NCBI RefSeq assembly: GCF_009914755.1
Contig: NC_060927.1
Direction: 5' to 3' (one strand)
From: the human T2T-CHM13v2.0 reference genome, Homo sapiens
DNA: 64,000 bases
Shown piece after piece: positions 27,979-42,470 of this stretch. Below the pieces are notes generated by a model, which was not told the origin of the DNA, did no database searches, and saw nothing but the letters and a program-made list of their open reading frames with translations. The position numbers and the translations under genes are program-made. Positions within the stretch are counted from its first letter, which is position 1; the number at the start of each line of letters is the position of its first letter.

Positions 27979-28539
27979 GAGTTAGCATGGGATGAACTGT
28001 TGGAGAGAGGGCTGGACAATAGGACTGGACTAAGGGATCTTAGTCCTTACTAAGGAATATAGGCTGCAGTGGGCATCTGTTGTGTACCTCAGCAAGAAGC
28101 AAGGACCAACTCTTAGTTCTCTGAGGTGAATTTTCGGGAGTGATGGGGGAGATGTTTTGAGGACATCCTGAAACCACACCATAGGTGCCTCTGTAACCAA
28201 GTGGAGAGAGGCCCTTGGTTATAGAGTTAGGAGAACATGGATGCCTCTGGTACACAAAAAACCCTGCAGTGGGGGCTTAACTTCCATGCTTGGGAAGGTC
28301 CCCACTTGCCTTCCTGGTCTTGAGGGATTCTCAGATGGTGGCCTGCCTGCAAGTGGCTCCTCCATTGTGTTCTGTTAGGAGGGAGGGATGTATTGATGGA
28401 GACTGAGTGGAAGTGTTTTTGAAAACTTGTGTTTGGCTAAAAATAAACGATCAGACTTAAATGCTGCTTGGAAATCATTCTTTGTTTTACCAGTCAACTT
28501 TCCCTCCTATTCTTCATGGTGGTTACCTTAATATTTATT

Positions 28540-28845
28540 CTGTACCAACCTCCCAACCTAATTCCTCCACCATCACTTTAAGCAACCACTCATGCCTTTT
28601 ACCTTTCAGAAAAAATAAAAGCCTCTTCCTGCCACCAAACTTACAAACTGACTAGCTCCACCCCATTCTCCTCTTTTTGTTGTGATGGAAGGAGAGTCCC
28701 TCCTCCTCTCCAGGGTGAATCCCTGCACATGCACTCTGTGCTCTTTCTCCTCTAGCTTCTCCCTTTCTATAATCTTCTCTTTCTCTATTTCTCCTGCCCC
28801 TTTCTTTCATTTCATTGTTTTAAGCATGCTTAAGTGTTGCCCATC
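28540..28845 (+). mobile_element. L2 fragment
   Basis: Pyrimidine-rich L2-like body 'ccctcctcctctccagggtgaatccctgcacatgcactctg'. Confidence 0.45.
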
Positions 28846-28889
28846 TTCAACCAGCAAACTAAGCAACCAACCAACCACTTCTTACATGG

Positions 28890-29150
28890 AAAAACAGGCA
28901 TTCTTATTCCTGGTTAGTAGCATGTAAATTGGTGCAACTTTTTGGAAAGGAAATTGGCAACACCTAATGAAATTTAAATGTCCATGCCCTTTGATCCAGC
29001 AACTCCACTTCTACAATGCATTTTAAAAGTGCATTTGCACACACTGAGACATGACTGAGAATGTTCACTGTGGCACTGTAACAAACAGCGCAAATATCCA
29101 TCAACATGGATTTGGATTGCCATGTAGCTATTAAATAGAATGTGGTTGAA
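28890..29150 (+). mobile_element. L1ME fragment
   Basis: 'tgtaaattggtgcaactttttggaaagg...ccctttgatccagcaactccacttcta'. Confidence 0.7.
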
Positions 29151-29163
29151 CTGGATATTATCT

Positions 29164-29280
29164 GTGTATTATTCAATGTTCTTCAGAGAAACAGAACCAG
29201 TAGAGAGCCTCTCTCTCTCTCTTTCTCTCTCCCTCGCACACACACACACACGCACTCACGCATGCACACACACATCTATC
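29164..29280 (-). mobile_element. MLT2 LTR 3' fragment with (CT)n-(CA)n microsatellite
   Basis: 'gttcttcagagaaacagaaccagtag' then (ct)n at ~29209-29230 and (ca)n at ~29237-29273. Confidence 0.65.
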
Positions 29281-29934
29281 TAAATTATAAATCCTCCACT
29301 GGGGAGGTCACTGGAGGACCATCAGCAGAGGAAGGGTCATCTCTCCCAGCTGTGTCAGGAGAAAACCAGATGACTTCCAATGTCCTGTGAGTCTAACTTT
29401 TTATATCATTAATATAACATTGTCAATAAAGGTTTAAAGCTTAATTTAGAAAAGAAGCATAGAATGTGCTTTATCATTGAGAAGGCCCTGGTAGTACTGT
29501 CCCCCGAATGACCTGAATCTCTCTGGGTTCCTGGCAACAAGCCACTGGGCACAGGGCTTCTACCCTGCCTAAGGAATTTCCATGGCTCACTTCCTCTAGA
29601 ACCCTGGAAGGGGGACCCTTGATCAGCTGGCAGGAGATTCATCTCCACTAAGAGGCTTCCTTCCCACAAAAGCCTCCAGTCACATCCTTGGTTAGGTTTT
29701 GCCGCCTGCTCTCAGTCTCAAAGTCTATAGCAAAAGGCAGAGCTGCAGGGGCTCCTTCTCCTGGAGCACAAGACAGGCTGCATCTGGGGTGCCTGGTTTA
29801 AGTATATTTTTCTTGGGTGATGAGTGGCTTGGAAAGGACATGCATCATCTTGCTGCCCTCCTCTGCTAATTTAAGCTGCACAATGCTTGTGGTGTTTGCG
29901 TCAGCTCTTAATTTTGACAATGCAAATAACTAGG

Positions 29935-30142
29935 GCAACACTGTCCAATGGACCTATCTGTGATGTTGGAAATGTTCCATAATATCTGTGCTGCCAAATA
30001 TGGTAGTCACTAGTCACATGTGGCTATCAAGCATGGGAAAGGTGGCAGGTATGACTGAGGAAGTGAGTTTTAAATTAAATTTAAATTCATTTAAATTTAA
30101 GAAAGCACATGCAGCTAGTGGCTGCTGTGTTGGGCAGTGCGG
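29935..30142. mobile_element. MER3
   Basis: 'ctgtccaat...ggaaatgttc...atatggtagtcactagtcacatgtggcta...gctagtggctgctgtgttgggcagtgc'. Confidence 0.88.
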
Positions 30143-30319
30143 CTCTAGGCCCTTGAACAGAGTTAGCGTGGTCTTGGTTAAGCTCTAGCCTTGGAATGTT
30201 AAACTGATCTTCTTGAAATGTGCTCTGATTCTTCAGCTGGAGAGCTAGTATTAACTGTCTGTATTACCTTTAAACCAACCAATTAATCCATCAACTAACC
30301 AGTTTACACCCCCTGCCCA

Positions 30320-31130
30320 CCCCCTGACTTTCATGGCTTTCACAGCCATCTCTATGCTGATGCCTTCCAAATCCCAGATTTTCTGCTGAGCTCCAGACCC
30401 AAATGCACAACCATGTGATGGACATCTGTCTACACTTGGATGTCCTACAGGTGACTCAGATTCAACCAGCTCAAACAAAATCATTGTCTTCCCACTTTCT
30501 CCAAACCTGTTTTTCTTCTACGTGCTCTAGCTCAGGAATGGCACCTCCATTCTCCCACTTGCTTGTACTAGAAACCTGCAGCTTGATCTTGACTTCCCCC
30601 CCTCTCTCATCCATCTCATTCATTCAGTTTCCATGATCTATAAATTCTGCCTCCTAAATGATTCTTAAATTCTGCTACTTCTCATCATCTCCACTACCAC
30701 TCCCCTGGTTTAAATCACTATTTGATATTTCTAAAATGCAAATCTGATCATGTCCCTTCCTTGCTTAAATTACTTCAGTGACTCCCGATTTCTCCCAGGA
30801 TAAAGACAAACCTTCTAACACGATCCCTATGTGATCTTCCCCTGGCATCTCTTACCTCCCCTTTGGCTACTTCTTCCCCTTGCATTCTCTGTTCTAGGTT
30901 TATTCCAAATAAATCACAGCATCTCTCGCCCACCTGCTTTGGCTTAATGATTGCTACTTATCTTTTAGGTGTCAGCATTTAGAGGTTACTTTCTCTGTGG
31001 CGATCTGGGCCACATGTTCCTCTCTGTGCCCCCACAGGACCCTGCAATTTCCAGCTCCTCCATGTGACTATAGGTTCCTTGAAAGCAGAGCTTTGTCTGT
31101 CTTATTTACCACTGACACATAGTTGGTGTT
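30320..31130 (+). mobile_element. L2 LINE 3' portion
   Basis: 'tctatgctgatgccttccaaat...gagctccagaccc...tctaaaatgcaaatctgatcatgtc...ccttgaaagcagag'. Confidence 0.8.
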
Positions 31131-31314
31131 AAGCCTCCATAACAGAATCCTTAAATGGAGCATGTTTGGGGCAGGGCTTATGGGGATCTTCCTCCTGTGA
31201 CTTCTTCAGCTGCTTTCTGCACTCATGGAGATTTTCCTACACGCCAAATCTATGCTAGAGGGCCTGCGTGGTTCAAGGAAAATGGCAGCTGGAGCCCTGT
31301 CCTCCTGGTGCTGA

Positions 31315-31743
<429 letters not shown>

Positions 31744-33369
31744 TAATTTTTTATTGTTTAAAAAATATTTTTTGAGGGTCTCCTGTGTGCGTCTGTTCTA
31801 GATGCATGTAGTTAGAGCTGAGCACTCCAAAATGCACACAAGCAGCCAAGTCTCCGGAATTAACTGTCCCACAGAATGCAAGAGCCTTTTAAAGACTGTG
31901 CTCCTCTTATAGTCATCTGATTTCCCAAAGTCAGAGAGGTTGAAATGCAAAGAGTATGCATTTTGCTAAAAAGGAATATTTATAAAACTGAAAGTGTATT
32001 GCACCTCCTGATATTTTTATGAGTAAATAAAAGCAAAGTAGCCAGAGCTAAAGAAATGCCTTTAGTAAAGACTCTACACTTGGAAGTCTGAGCAATTGCA
32101 GAGTGAGACCAAGAGTTCTCCTCCATTAGGATACTCCTCCTACAACTAGGAAGGGGCTGCTCTGATATTGACTAATGGGGCTGACATTGGACCTGGTGGT
32201 TTCCTGAGCACACAGGAGAGGAGACACAGAATTCCAGCACTAGAAAACACCAAAAAAAGGGGTCCAGATCAGGGAACAGTTTCTCAGTTACTGATGGACA
32301 ATGGTTTAATCATTATTCCAATGGGAAGAAGTACCCAAGGTTGGTGGTGGGGGCGGGAGTTGGGAAAGTAGGGAATCAATTGACTTCTGCAGTCACTGTG
32401 AGTGAGCAGGACAGGCAGCTGGCCAGTGCCCCTCCCACTTCCCTGCCGGCAGAGAAGGAAAGAGAATGGCTGTTTCTCTGCCTTAGAGTTAAAGCACCAA
32501 GGGAAACATGAGAATGCTTGCGGGAAGCCGACCACGTTTGCTCTTTGCTGACTTTTGTTAACAGGTGTCAGTTGGTGTGACACTGTCTTCCCTATTCCCA
32601 TCCTCGGCACGAACACATATGTGGGAAATACTCTAGGATTTGCAGCCAGTGTTGGGAAAGCCTGTCCACTCCACACCAGGCCCACAGTAGCTCCTTCCTC
32701 TGCACCCACAACTCGGCTGTCTGTGGTCACTGGTTTAAATTTTCCTTTATTCACATTTTGCCTCCCCAAATGGATTGTAATACTTTTGAAGATGGGGAGT
32801 ATCCCTGGCACATCAGTGGTGCCCACTTCATACATAACAATACACACAGAGGTCGTTAAAACTCTGAGTGAATCGGATAGAAGTGCTGGAGCCAAACAGT
32901 GTAGTACCTAATGTGTGTTAGGCACTCACAATGCATGAAGAATAATGGGCTTGTCTATTGTTCATTCGTTCACTCTTTCATTCATTTGAATGTGTGGGAA
33001 ATGCTCAGTCCATTGGGTCAGTAGAGAAGCCACTCGCAGTTCTTCGTGTTGGTAAGAAAGGCTCAAGGGATAGACCCTCTGCACTAATACCCCCGCATAT
33101 CTGCATCTACTTTGTCTCCTTTCTATTTGTTATGACATTTTTGGCTTAAAAAAGAAAAGATGAAACAGAGTTCAAATGAAGTTCATTGTGTGTTTCCTCA
33201 CAGCTTACACTTGGCAATCTTCTAGGGAGGACTTTGGCTGAACCCAGTGAACCAGGAGGAAAAGAATCACAAACATCTGGAGTTTGTTGACTAGAAAAAT
33301 TCCTTGTGGTCTGACAGATTACCATTTCCTACCCAGCCATTCTCATCAGAGAAACCAGTCCCATTTTCA

Positions 33370-34330
33370 ACTGGCGCGGCTAGTTGAAAGTTCCACATGT
33401 TTCCCCAGGTATCTAAATTATATGCTTCTGTGTTGATTTTTCAGATTAGGCAGAAACTTTGACTTCTTCCTATGAAAGATGAAGATTGAGCACTTTTGTT
33501 CCCCTATTCTTCCAATGTAATTATATTGTATTTTTTAATTAAGTAACTACTCAAAGTTAACTGTTGTGATTATTATAAATGTTTTCCCCGGTAAGGCACA
33601 CAGTGTACACTGATAATACTTCCGTTGTTATACAACTTCTTTTTCTCCCTGGAGTTCAAAATTATCTTGTTTTGATATTTTTCTGTCCCTAATTCTCCTC
33701 CAACGCATTGCCAGCAGTGTTAATCTCCTCTTAATAGTTCAAACACATCAGGTAATCAACTGATTTTTTATTTTTAACACATCCCCTCTGGAGCCCATTG
33801 GCTTCCTGCTCTGATGTGTCGTTCAGTTCTCCTTAGTTGGATCCCTCTCTCTTGAATCCTTTGTATGCCTTTTTCCTGGTTTGCTCTTTCATTTTGTGGA
33901 ATATATCCTCCAGTACCTTCCCAGTAAAGCCTGTTTGGATTCTATTGGATTTTTTTTTCCTGTTTTTATATTTTTTTAGAACTGAGAGCTCATTTTTGTT
34001 TTATGAGTAGTTTGTTCTTTTTTGTAGATGCAGTTATATTCTTTCTCCGAAGATATTAATTACAGTTTTCCTTAAAGTTTATTCTGCTTTTTGTGCTGTG
34101 TTGGCTTTCTCTGAATATGTATATTTGATTATAATCCCCAGTAGTCATTGTTTATAAGTCTTTTCTTTGAGGAGCTCAGTTTCTCCAGAGAAGAAATTTG
34201 TAGCCTGTCGCCCCATGTGTCTAAGCTGAGTCACCAGGATTCTCAGATGCAGTGGCGAAAGGCTGCAGGCTGTTCTCGCCATTCAGCATGCTGACTTGGC
34301 CCTTATCCCCTTCTCTGGTATGTCTTCTGT
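33370..34330 (-). mobile_element. Very old L1ME/HAL1-like relic
   Basis: T-rich antisense LINE-like tract ('tttgctctttcattttgtggaatatatcctccagta'). Confidence 0.45.
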
Positions 34331-34720
34331 AGGATGAGAGAGGTGCCTTGTCTGATGGGAGTGGAGAAGCGATCAAAGGATCAAGCTGTATTTAGTATAG
34401 CCTTTTAACCAACACCCCACAACCAGAGAGGTTCCTGGGGCCTCCAATTCTATGCCTACCAGGTGCTCCGGGGCCAGTCTGTTGTCTTCCTGCCTCCTCT
34501 CTGCAACCTGTGCCTGGTCTCTAAGTTACTCATCATTTACCACCTGCTTTCCGGTTTCCGACATCGTGTTTACCTCTCTCTCTCCACACTTGCTCCTTTC
34601 TCTTTTAGCCTTGTCCTTGAGATGGTTTGTTTATTTGTTTTTTGCCTTTAACAAAATCTCGATACTGTAGTGAATTTTGGGGGTGGGAATATAGGCAAAA
34701 GACAATGTTCAGCCCACCAT

Positions 34721-35062
34721 TGTTATGGTTTAAATGTGTCCCTCAAGTTTCATGTGTTGGAAACTTAATCCTCAATGCAGCAGTGTTGACAGGTGGGACC
34801 TTTAAGAGGTGATGAGGTCATCAGGACAGTCTTAATGCCATTATCTTGGGAGTGGGTTAGTTACTGTGGGAGTGGGTTCCTGATAAAAGGATGAGTTTGG
34901 CCCTGTTTTCTCTCTCTTTCGCTTCCACCAGAAAATGGCATAGCCAGAAGGCCCTCACCAGATTCCAGCACCAGCCTCCAGAACATGAGCCAAATAAATC
35001 ATCGTTTATAAATTACCCAGTCTCAGGTATTCTGTTTTAGCAACACAAAACAGACAAAAACA
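34721..35062 (+). mobile_element. MaLR solo LTR (MSTC/MSTB-like)
   Basis: tgttatggtttaaatgtgtccc...aattacccagtctcaggtattc; 5-bp TSD accat at 34716-34720 and 35063-35067. Confidence 0.93.
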
Positions 35063-35367
35063 ACCATGTTTACTTGGCTGGTTGCCCCATCTTTCTTGAA
35101 TGGAAAAAAAAAAAGCACTTGAAATAGTCTGTGGAAATTCTACCCAGTTTGGAAATGCTGCTGAATTCTCATGTCTCTAGGCCCAGTTCACAACCCTCAC
35201 TGAGCTGATGCTACCAGGTAAAAAGCGAGCAATTACGGTGTGCTGACCATTTGAGTGAATAAATTAGTCAGGTGTTCACTGGTAGCACTGTTGACTCCTC
35301 TGAAAGCTAATGGACTCCGAAAACTCAGAAGAGGGGAGAGTACAGCAGCCTTAGTAAACTTGGGAGA

Positions 35368-35510
35368 AGTGGCTTCCATATCTGATTGCAAATTAGAATC
35401 ACCTAGGAAGTTTTCAGAATTATAGATTCCTAAGGATGATTCCAGAACTAGTTGAATCCTAAGCTCATGAGCTAGGTCCTGGATAAACTGCATTTTTACC
35501 AACAAACTAC
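35368..35510. mobile_element. MER5-family fragment
   Basis: 'attagaatcacctaggaag...tgcatttttaccaa'. Confidence 0.6.
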
Positions 35511-36404
35511 CCACTTACAGCCTTCTTGTTGTGTGAAAGAATACACCTGTAGTGTTTAAGGCACTGTTAATCATATCTTTTGTTGCTTAGAGCTGAAAGT
35601 GTTCCTAACAGATCTGCAGGGCTCATGAGAGTCCTTAGACACTGGAATGGGGAGGGTGTGTTCATTCAGGGGAGTGTGGATATGTAATCAGGGCTTGGCA
35701 AACATCTCTGGGAATATGCAACCAGCTGAGGGGCTCCTGGGGCTCCCAAGACTTCCAATGTGGACCTGCTCCTCACCATGTGCTCCTCCCCTCCCTCGGC
35801 CCAGCACACCTTACTCTGGTCTCCCTGGAGGCACTGGGATAGGGCTGTCTGTATATCCCTGTCCCTGGTCCACATGTCTCTGTGCTTTGTGCCCCAAGCC
35901 TTGCTTTTTTGATTCTTGGATGCTGTTTTAGAGTCACAAATATGAACGTTGACATTTTTGGCTCTTTTCAGTCCCTCTTTACCAACTGTACTCTTGCGTG
36001 AGGCTGTTTGGTCACTGTACAAGGAAGTGAGCAAAGAAAAACCCACAGATTAATATCTCAAGATAATATCTTGCCATACATATTGATAACAATCAGCCCA
36101 TTGTTGCATCCACCCCTACCCTACCTTCAGCAAGATAGCTGGGTTCACTCCCAGAAACTGCTGGAGGCAGATTATGCGGATCCCACAGAGATGGCAGAAA
36201 ACAGAGAAATCTGGGGAGAGGGCAGTGGCTGGAGCCCAGGGACTAAAGAGTGCAGTGGGGGTTTTTTATGGCCTTGGGGTAGGGAGTGAACTCCAGAGCC
36301 AAAGTCCCAAGTCAGGGAGGCAATGGTAGACAGTATAGTCCCAGAGGGGTGTGCTCATGGATGCAGGGGAGGTAAGGGCTGTGGGTGGGGGTTCCAAGCA
36401 GCTC

Positions 36405-36552
36405 TTTTTATTGAAGAAGTCACAAAGGCAGCCCAATTTCAAGGGGAAGGGAAATAGATTCTATCTCTTAATGAGGGAGTAGAAAGTTTCTGGATGAGCA
36501 TGTGGACTCAGAAACATTTTGTGGCCATTTTTGGAAGATACAATCTACTACA
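36405..36552 (-). mobile_element. MLT1 (G/H-like) LTR fragment
   Basis: 'aagtcacaaaggcagcccaatttcaaggggaaggg...ggccatttttggaagatacaatctactaca'. Confidence 0.65.
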
Positions 36553-37039
36553 GCAAACATCCCACTAAAAGGCTGGTGCCTTGGGAACAGTAGGATAATC
36601 AGACTTTCACATGGCAGTGGGAATTTGTTTCAATTCTAATGGCTAGCTGAAGGGAAGGGGTAATTTTTGACTAGGGTTAGAAGATACTGGTTTGAGAGCA
36701 TTCGGGGGGCAGGCCAGGCCACTGGGGAGATAACCTAGTTTAAGACTTGGAGTCTGGGGTGCAGGAAAGAGTGAAGAGGAGGGGACGGTTGTAGCACCCT
36801 GACATGAGCCTGCTCATCCCTTGGGGTCAGCATTTCTCACCTGCCCCTATTGGTTTCTGCACAGCAAGCCTCGCACCCCCTGTGAACACTCTTCAGAGAC
36901 TCCTGCGGTGCTTCTCTCTCTTCCTGTTACCCGTCACCCCTCGTTCATTCCTATCCTTCTACCTCTGCACAAGGTGCTCCCTTTAGGGGTCCCACAGTGT
37001 CCTGTATATCCCTCTCTTGTTGGGCTTATTAGTCTGAAC

Positions 37040-37180
37040 TGTCACATACTGGTTCTTTGTCCATCACTAGTACAGGGCTGTGAGCTAATTGAGAGTAGGA
37101 ACTGTGATTTTGACCCCTGTCTTCCAAAATGTCTAGCAAAGTGAGAGGCCTCAGTCATGTTCACTGAATGAATGAATGAA
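37040..37180 (+). mobile_element. L2 3' end
   Basis: 'ctgtgagctaattgagagtagga...cactgaatgaatgaatgaa' (TGAA)n tail. Confidence 0.65.
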
Positions 37181-39659
37181 TTCTCCAGCACTCATTAGGC
37201 CCTGAGACCACTTATCTCTCCCATCAGAGGCCAGTGATATTTCTGAGGCTGAAAATGTTCTCCTCTACTCTTTTCCAGCAGTCAGCTCTCTTGGGCTCAC
37301 CAAGAACCATGTCAACAGCCAGACTTGCTGCACTGCTGATATATGCAGCTCCCTTATCACAGCCTCCCAGTTCTTGTCTTTCCTTTCTTCTGTTACAGGC
37401 TTGTTTTTCACCATCAGGGTGACAAGGTCCCTCAGATAGAAAGTGGCAAGACCACAATTTGCACCCAGGTCCAAAAACCCCTGGTCTCTGCCTTTTATTA
37501 GCAGTGTGACTCCCGCGGCCGACTCTTCCCAGCCTGTGTTCTAAACATGCACCCTCACCCACATCAGTTCTTCCCTCTCTTCCTTACATTTTCAATTGCT
37601 CTCTCTATTGCTTCCTTCCCCTTAGAATATAATTATGTGCAAATGGCTCCTATTTTAACCCATTTCCACCCATTGACCAAAAGTTCCTTTCTAAATATTG
37701 CCTGTTTTGCTTTCACACCCAAGTTTCTTAAAAAGCATCCTGTGTCTCTTTCTTATGAACACTGTGCCCTGCTGTCTTCCTTTTCCTCTTTTCCATGTTT
37801 CTGCGATGGGCCAATTACCCCCTGGATGACACATTCTTTCTAGGGGGTTTCATACATTCAAGTTTTCTTGGCTTGAAAATCGCTCATCTTTTCAAGGTAG
37901 ACTTTTCAGCATTCTGTTCCATTCTGGCAGGTGTTATTTTTATGAATTGGCAGTAGGGGGAGATAATTTTGCTTATATAGGTATGGGTTTTTGGCCTCTC
38001 ATACTATATATTCACATTCTACCTAAGTGGAGTTGACCTGTACAAGGAAAAGATGTGAAGCTGAGTTACCTGGGAGCTCAAGAAACAGAACATTTAGATG
38101 AAACACTTGGTTGCTATTGTGCCAATAACTTTTCTCTTTTCCACTCTCCTGAGCAGCAGTGCTGCGGCTTGAACTCTGTGTCATGCTCTTTGCATCAATG
38201 CTGGGCAAAGTCAACTTGCTTTCCCGTAAGTAGTAGAATTATGGGAAAGTAAAAAGATTTCTTTCCACCTACCTCATAAGGGAGTGGCTGAAGGCCAGCT
38301 TTAATAGAAATGATGCTTTGTTACTCAATATTAACATTTGCAACATTAGGAAATGCAGTTTGAGTGTCTTTGTTTGTACTCTATTATCCGTTCATTATTG
38401 TCATGTTCTTCCTTAAAAGAAGGTGGGGCATCTGCTTGTTGGATTCAGGCAGAGCATGATTTTTAATATGTATATTCTTGGTCTTAAGCCACGAAAGTGT
38501 TGTAAATCACCAGCAAACAGCACTAAGTATTATCGTCCTCTAGGCACTGAAAATTTGAAATGAGCTGCTGACCCAGATTCTTTGAAGAGAATACTCAGTC
38601 ATAAAATATTATTTCCTGTATTTAAAAATTACTTTTTTTCACTTCAAAGAAAATGAAGTGAAAAAAAATTCAGTCAAAGAAAATTACCTGGTATTTGTTA
38701 CCCAGTTATGTGTTTTGGTTGAAAGTTCTTCTAATTAACTGTGAAGGAGTAATGTGATCCTCCTCCACCTTCTTTTTTTTCCAGTGTATTTGCTTCCCCT
38801 TTTCATTTTCTAGGTCATGTAAGAAATCTTAAATTAATTGTACAATTTTTTTCCAAGATGCTCAAAATCCTCTAGTTTTTATCATCTGAGTTCAGACATC
38901 CATGCATATGCCAGCAAATATTATTGTTTATAATAAAATTTCCTCCCGTAATCATCAAAGAGATAAATCAGATTTCAAATCCCAACATCAATGCGTTCAT
39001 TTCTCAGAAATACTTCATGCTCATAAACAACTTCCACTTCTGCCCACCCACATGCATCTCTCCTGTGGCTCTGAAACTGCATGGATGAGGAGTAATCAGG
39101 GTCCCTCAAACATGGTGCTGGAAATTTTGCATGAAATGAGTTAAGGAGCACAACAGTATGACAAGAACCAGATGGCATACTTTTCCAAGAGGAAGTCTTG
39201 ACTCTCCCTGATGTACTTACTGCCAGAGAAAAAGTACTATTTAAACTAAAAATTACTGCTTTTGTCTTCTGAGCATCATTTTTCTGGGGTCTTGTAATAT
39301 AGCCTTAACACTTTTTTCTTAAGTTTTTGGAGTATCTTGAAAGGCCTATATTGACTTTTTTTGTTTTTGTTTTTGGTTCTTTCTTCAAAAGGTGAGGATG
39401 AGTGGGAGACAGTAACACTCAGATTGCTGAAACACACAGTACAATAAAAGAAGATGAAACTGAAATGTCAGGGTAGCTCTGGAGAGGGAAGAAGAGCCTG
39501 GGAAAGGAGAAGCAGTGGAGATAAGAGCAGAAGGATGGGGAGGACCCAGGGACTGGTGGTGGGATGAGTATGAGATCAGGGCTGCCAGTAGAAAACCCCC
39601 AGGGCTTGGATGGCCAAGGACCTTTTAAGAACAATGATTAGCGGTTTTCAATTTCAGGT

Positions 39660-40340
39660 TGCTGTTGGTGAAGCATGTCCAGGTTCTTGGCATCTTGAAC
39701 AAAGAATTGGGCAAAACACACAAACAAAGTAAGGGAAGAGTGAGGCAACAAAAGCAGAGATTTATTGAAAATGAAAGTACTGTCCACAGTGTGGGGGTGG
39801 GCCCGAGCATAGGGACACAAGGGTCCTGATACACAATCTTCTTGGGTCCAAATACCTCCTAGAGGTTTCCCACTGGCCACCTGGTGTTCACCCATGTAAA
39901 TGAAGTGGTGGCCTGCAATCAATCTGGTTGCTTTCCACTCAGAGGCTGAAGTGGTTACAAGGGTCACACTCCTATGCAAACTCCTAAGATTCACTTTAGC
40001 ATGAGAGGCTAAGGTGAAGTTACAAAGTTGCACTTTTATGCAAAGGAAGACTTGGTCCGCAATCAGTCTGATTGGCTGTGGACAGCAACCAGTCAGAGGC
40101 TGAAGTGAAGTTATGAAGTTACACTCCTATGCAAACATCTGATTGGTTGCTTGGCACCAATCAGAGATACTTTCAGTTTCCCATCTGCCCTGTAGAAAAG
40201 GTGGGGGTTTGCAAAGGGAGTAGCCTCTGGTCCTTTTGTTACTTAGGCATGGAAAGTTAGGGTTTTCCTTTCAATTTAGTTCTATGAAGTCAATGTGAAA
40301 CAGCCTTAGGTTCCCTGCCTTCAGACCCTATTCTACCTCA
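39660..40340 (-). mobile_element. ERV1 solo LTR (MER51A-like)
   Basis: Ends 'ccttaggttccctgccttcagaccctattc..cctca' and 'gtccaggttcttggcatcttgaacaaagaattg'; 4-bp TSD aggt at 39656-39659 and 40341-40344. Confidence 0.88.
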
Positions 40341-42179
40341 AGGTTGTTCTGTTTGGTGGGTACGCTGTGCTCCCTCTGTGTTATCCCAAAACCTTCATGG
40401 AGAGCCTGCCATATCTGGCAAATTTGTACAGGTGGATTTGGGGACTGAAGGCAAAAAAGGACCATGTTCACCTGGGAAAGAAGTGACATGAGGGACAAGA
40501 AGCAGGGGCATGAGTGGGACCACAGGCCACAACTACCCCCATGCATCCCAGTACCCTGCAGGGTGGCATTGGGAAGGGCTTTGGGATCTTCCCACACAAC
40601 TCCGGTGAGGTTTGTGTCTGTGCCCGAGAGAAGCTGCACAAGAGGAACGCAGGAGGCCAGGGCTGGGGAGAGCGGCCTGGGGAAGGGTGGGAAGGCTGCA
40701 GGGCAGGCCTGGGGGCTGGAGGGGCAGTTGTGGCTGTTAGGAGGGAGTGTGGATCGTGTCACCTCCTGGGTTCCCTTGAGATATTTGGCGGGCTGGACGT
40801 GAGGGGGAAGAATCTGATAAAATACTAAGTTCTTTTGACCAACTAAGTTGGAGCATTACAGGCTGGGGCTGTGTTACAGACTGGAAGTGGGGCCTGATTT
40901 GGGTCTCTGGAGCTTCTGAGGTCTGGGACATTTGGTTTGCACAAGCCACTGAATCCATTTTTTATGAGAGACAGAAGCTGGATTAAATGATAGCTATATT
41001 TCTTTAATTTTTCCTATTCAATAATTGAAAGATACAAATTTCTAGGTCCTCTGTCTCTCCCAATTTGGCCAACACCGGTAGAGAAGCCACTAACTATTTG
41101 GTTAGTTTCATTTTACTTTTAGACTTCTAAAGGTACCTGGCTATTTACATTTAAGGGGACCCATCAAGTGCTAAATTTGTTGACTCTTTAATAAAAGAAA
41201 ATTTTAAGAAAAGAAAAAGGAACTGATATATTTCACAACTGGTAAATTACAGTAAGCTAAAGTCCCATGACATTCCAGAGTGCCTCAACCACCCACAGCA
41301 CTCTTAGAGATAATAAGGAAATTTCAGACTAACCAAACTTGTCCTGTGTATTTTCTTCCTGTGGTACATATTAGACTACAAAGCTTGCAGTAGAAGAAGA
41401 AAAGACAATCACTGTGTACTGCTGGGTTGTGGGTTCTGAAGCAAACTTGAAATTGAAGGTTAAAGCTGGGCAAATGTAGCAGAATGATCTGTTTCTGGAG
41501 AAAGTGATTCTAATGCAGAGATTATGGCCTGAGATTTTGAGAGGGGGCAGTGAGTGTTGTGGGGGCAGGCAATGGCCTGCTACGCAGACAGGATGGAGAG
41601 AGATAAATGGTCCTCCTGAAATAGTAGCTTTTGGGGTAGATATTACTGGTGACACAGCAGAACTGAGTGATGTACTCCTTGCTGGGGAGGAAACCAGCAT
41701 TTTAAAATTCGCTACATATTTATGACCCTTTGGACCATAATCCTGGAGACCTTTGCTGTTCTAAGTGTCTGATGAGGACTCCTGAGCTGCCGGGTTCCAA
41801 GATGCAGCTGCCAGATTATGTTTATTTTTTGACAAAAACAGGAGCTGGTGGATCTCAAGTCTGGGACAGGGCCCTGGTGTCCTGCTGACCCTGATTGGAA
41901 TTCATTTAGAAAAATGCAGATGGGCTGCACCGTTTCTTACTTAAGGATATAATATACCCATAATACTTTAAATGAAGTGCTGGAGATGTTTTCTAGAGGT
42001 CTCACCTTGCAAGAGATCTAGTGGGCTAGATGAAGCTAACCATCAAACTGCTGCCCCCGTTTGAGTCCCTGAGACAACTTCATGCCAGTCAGGACTCATA
42101 CAAGTTAGGAGCTTTGTGATAATGAGTTCAGAATTAGTAGTGTTTCACTCTTCAGACTTGTCTTGAATTCTATCAATGA

Positions 42180-42457
<278 letters not shown>

Positions 42458-42470
42458 CTCAGTGGAATTT

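Noticed and set aside
32284-32895. 203-aa minus-strand ORF and overlapping 118-aa plus-strand ORF
   Set aside because: No recognisable domain and no supporting splice or promoter context; plausible as chance ORFs in 64 kb.
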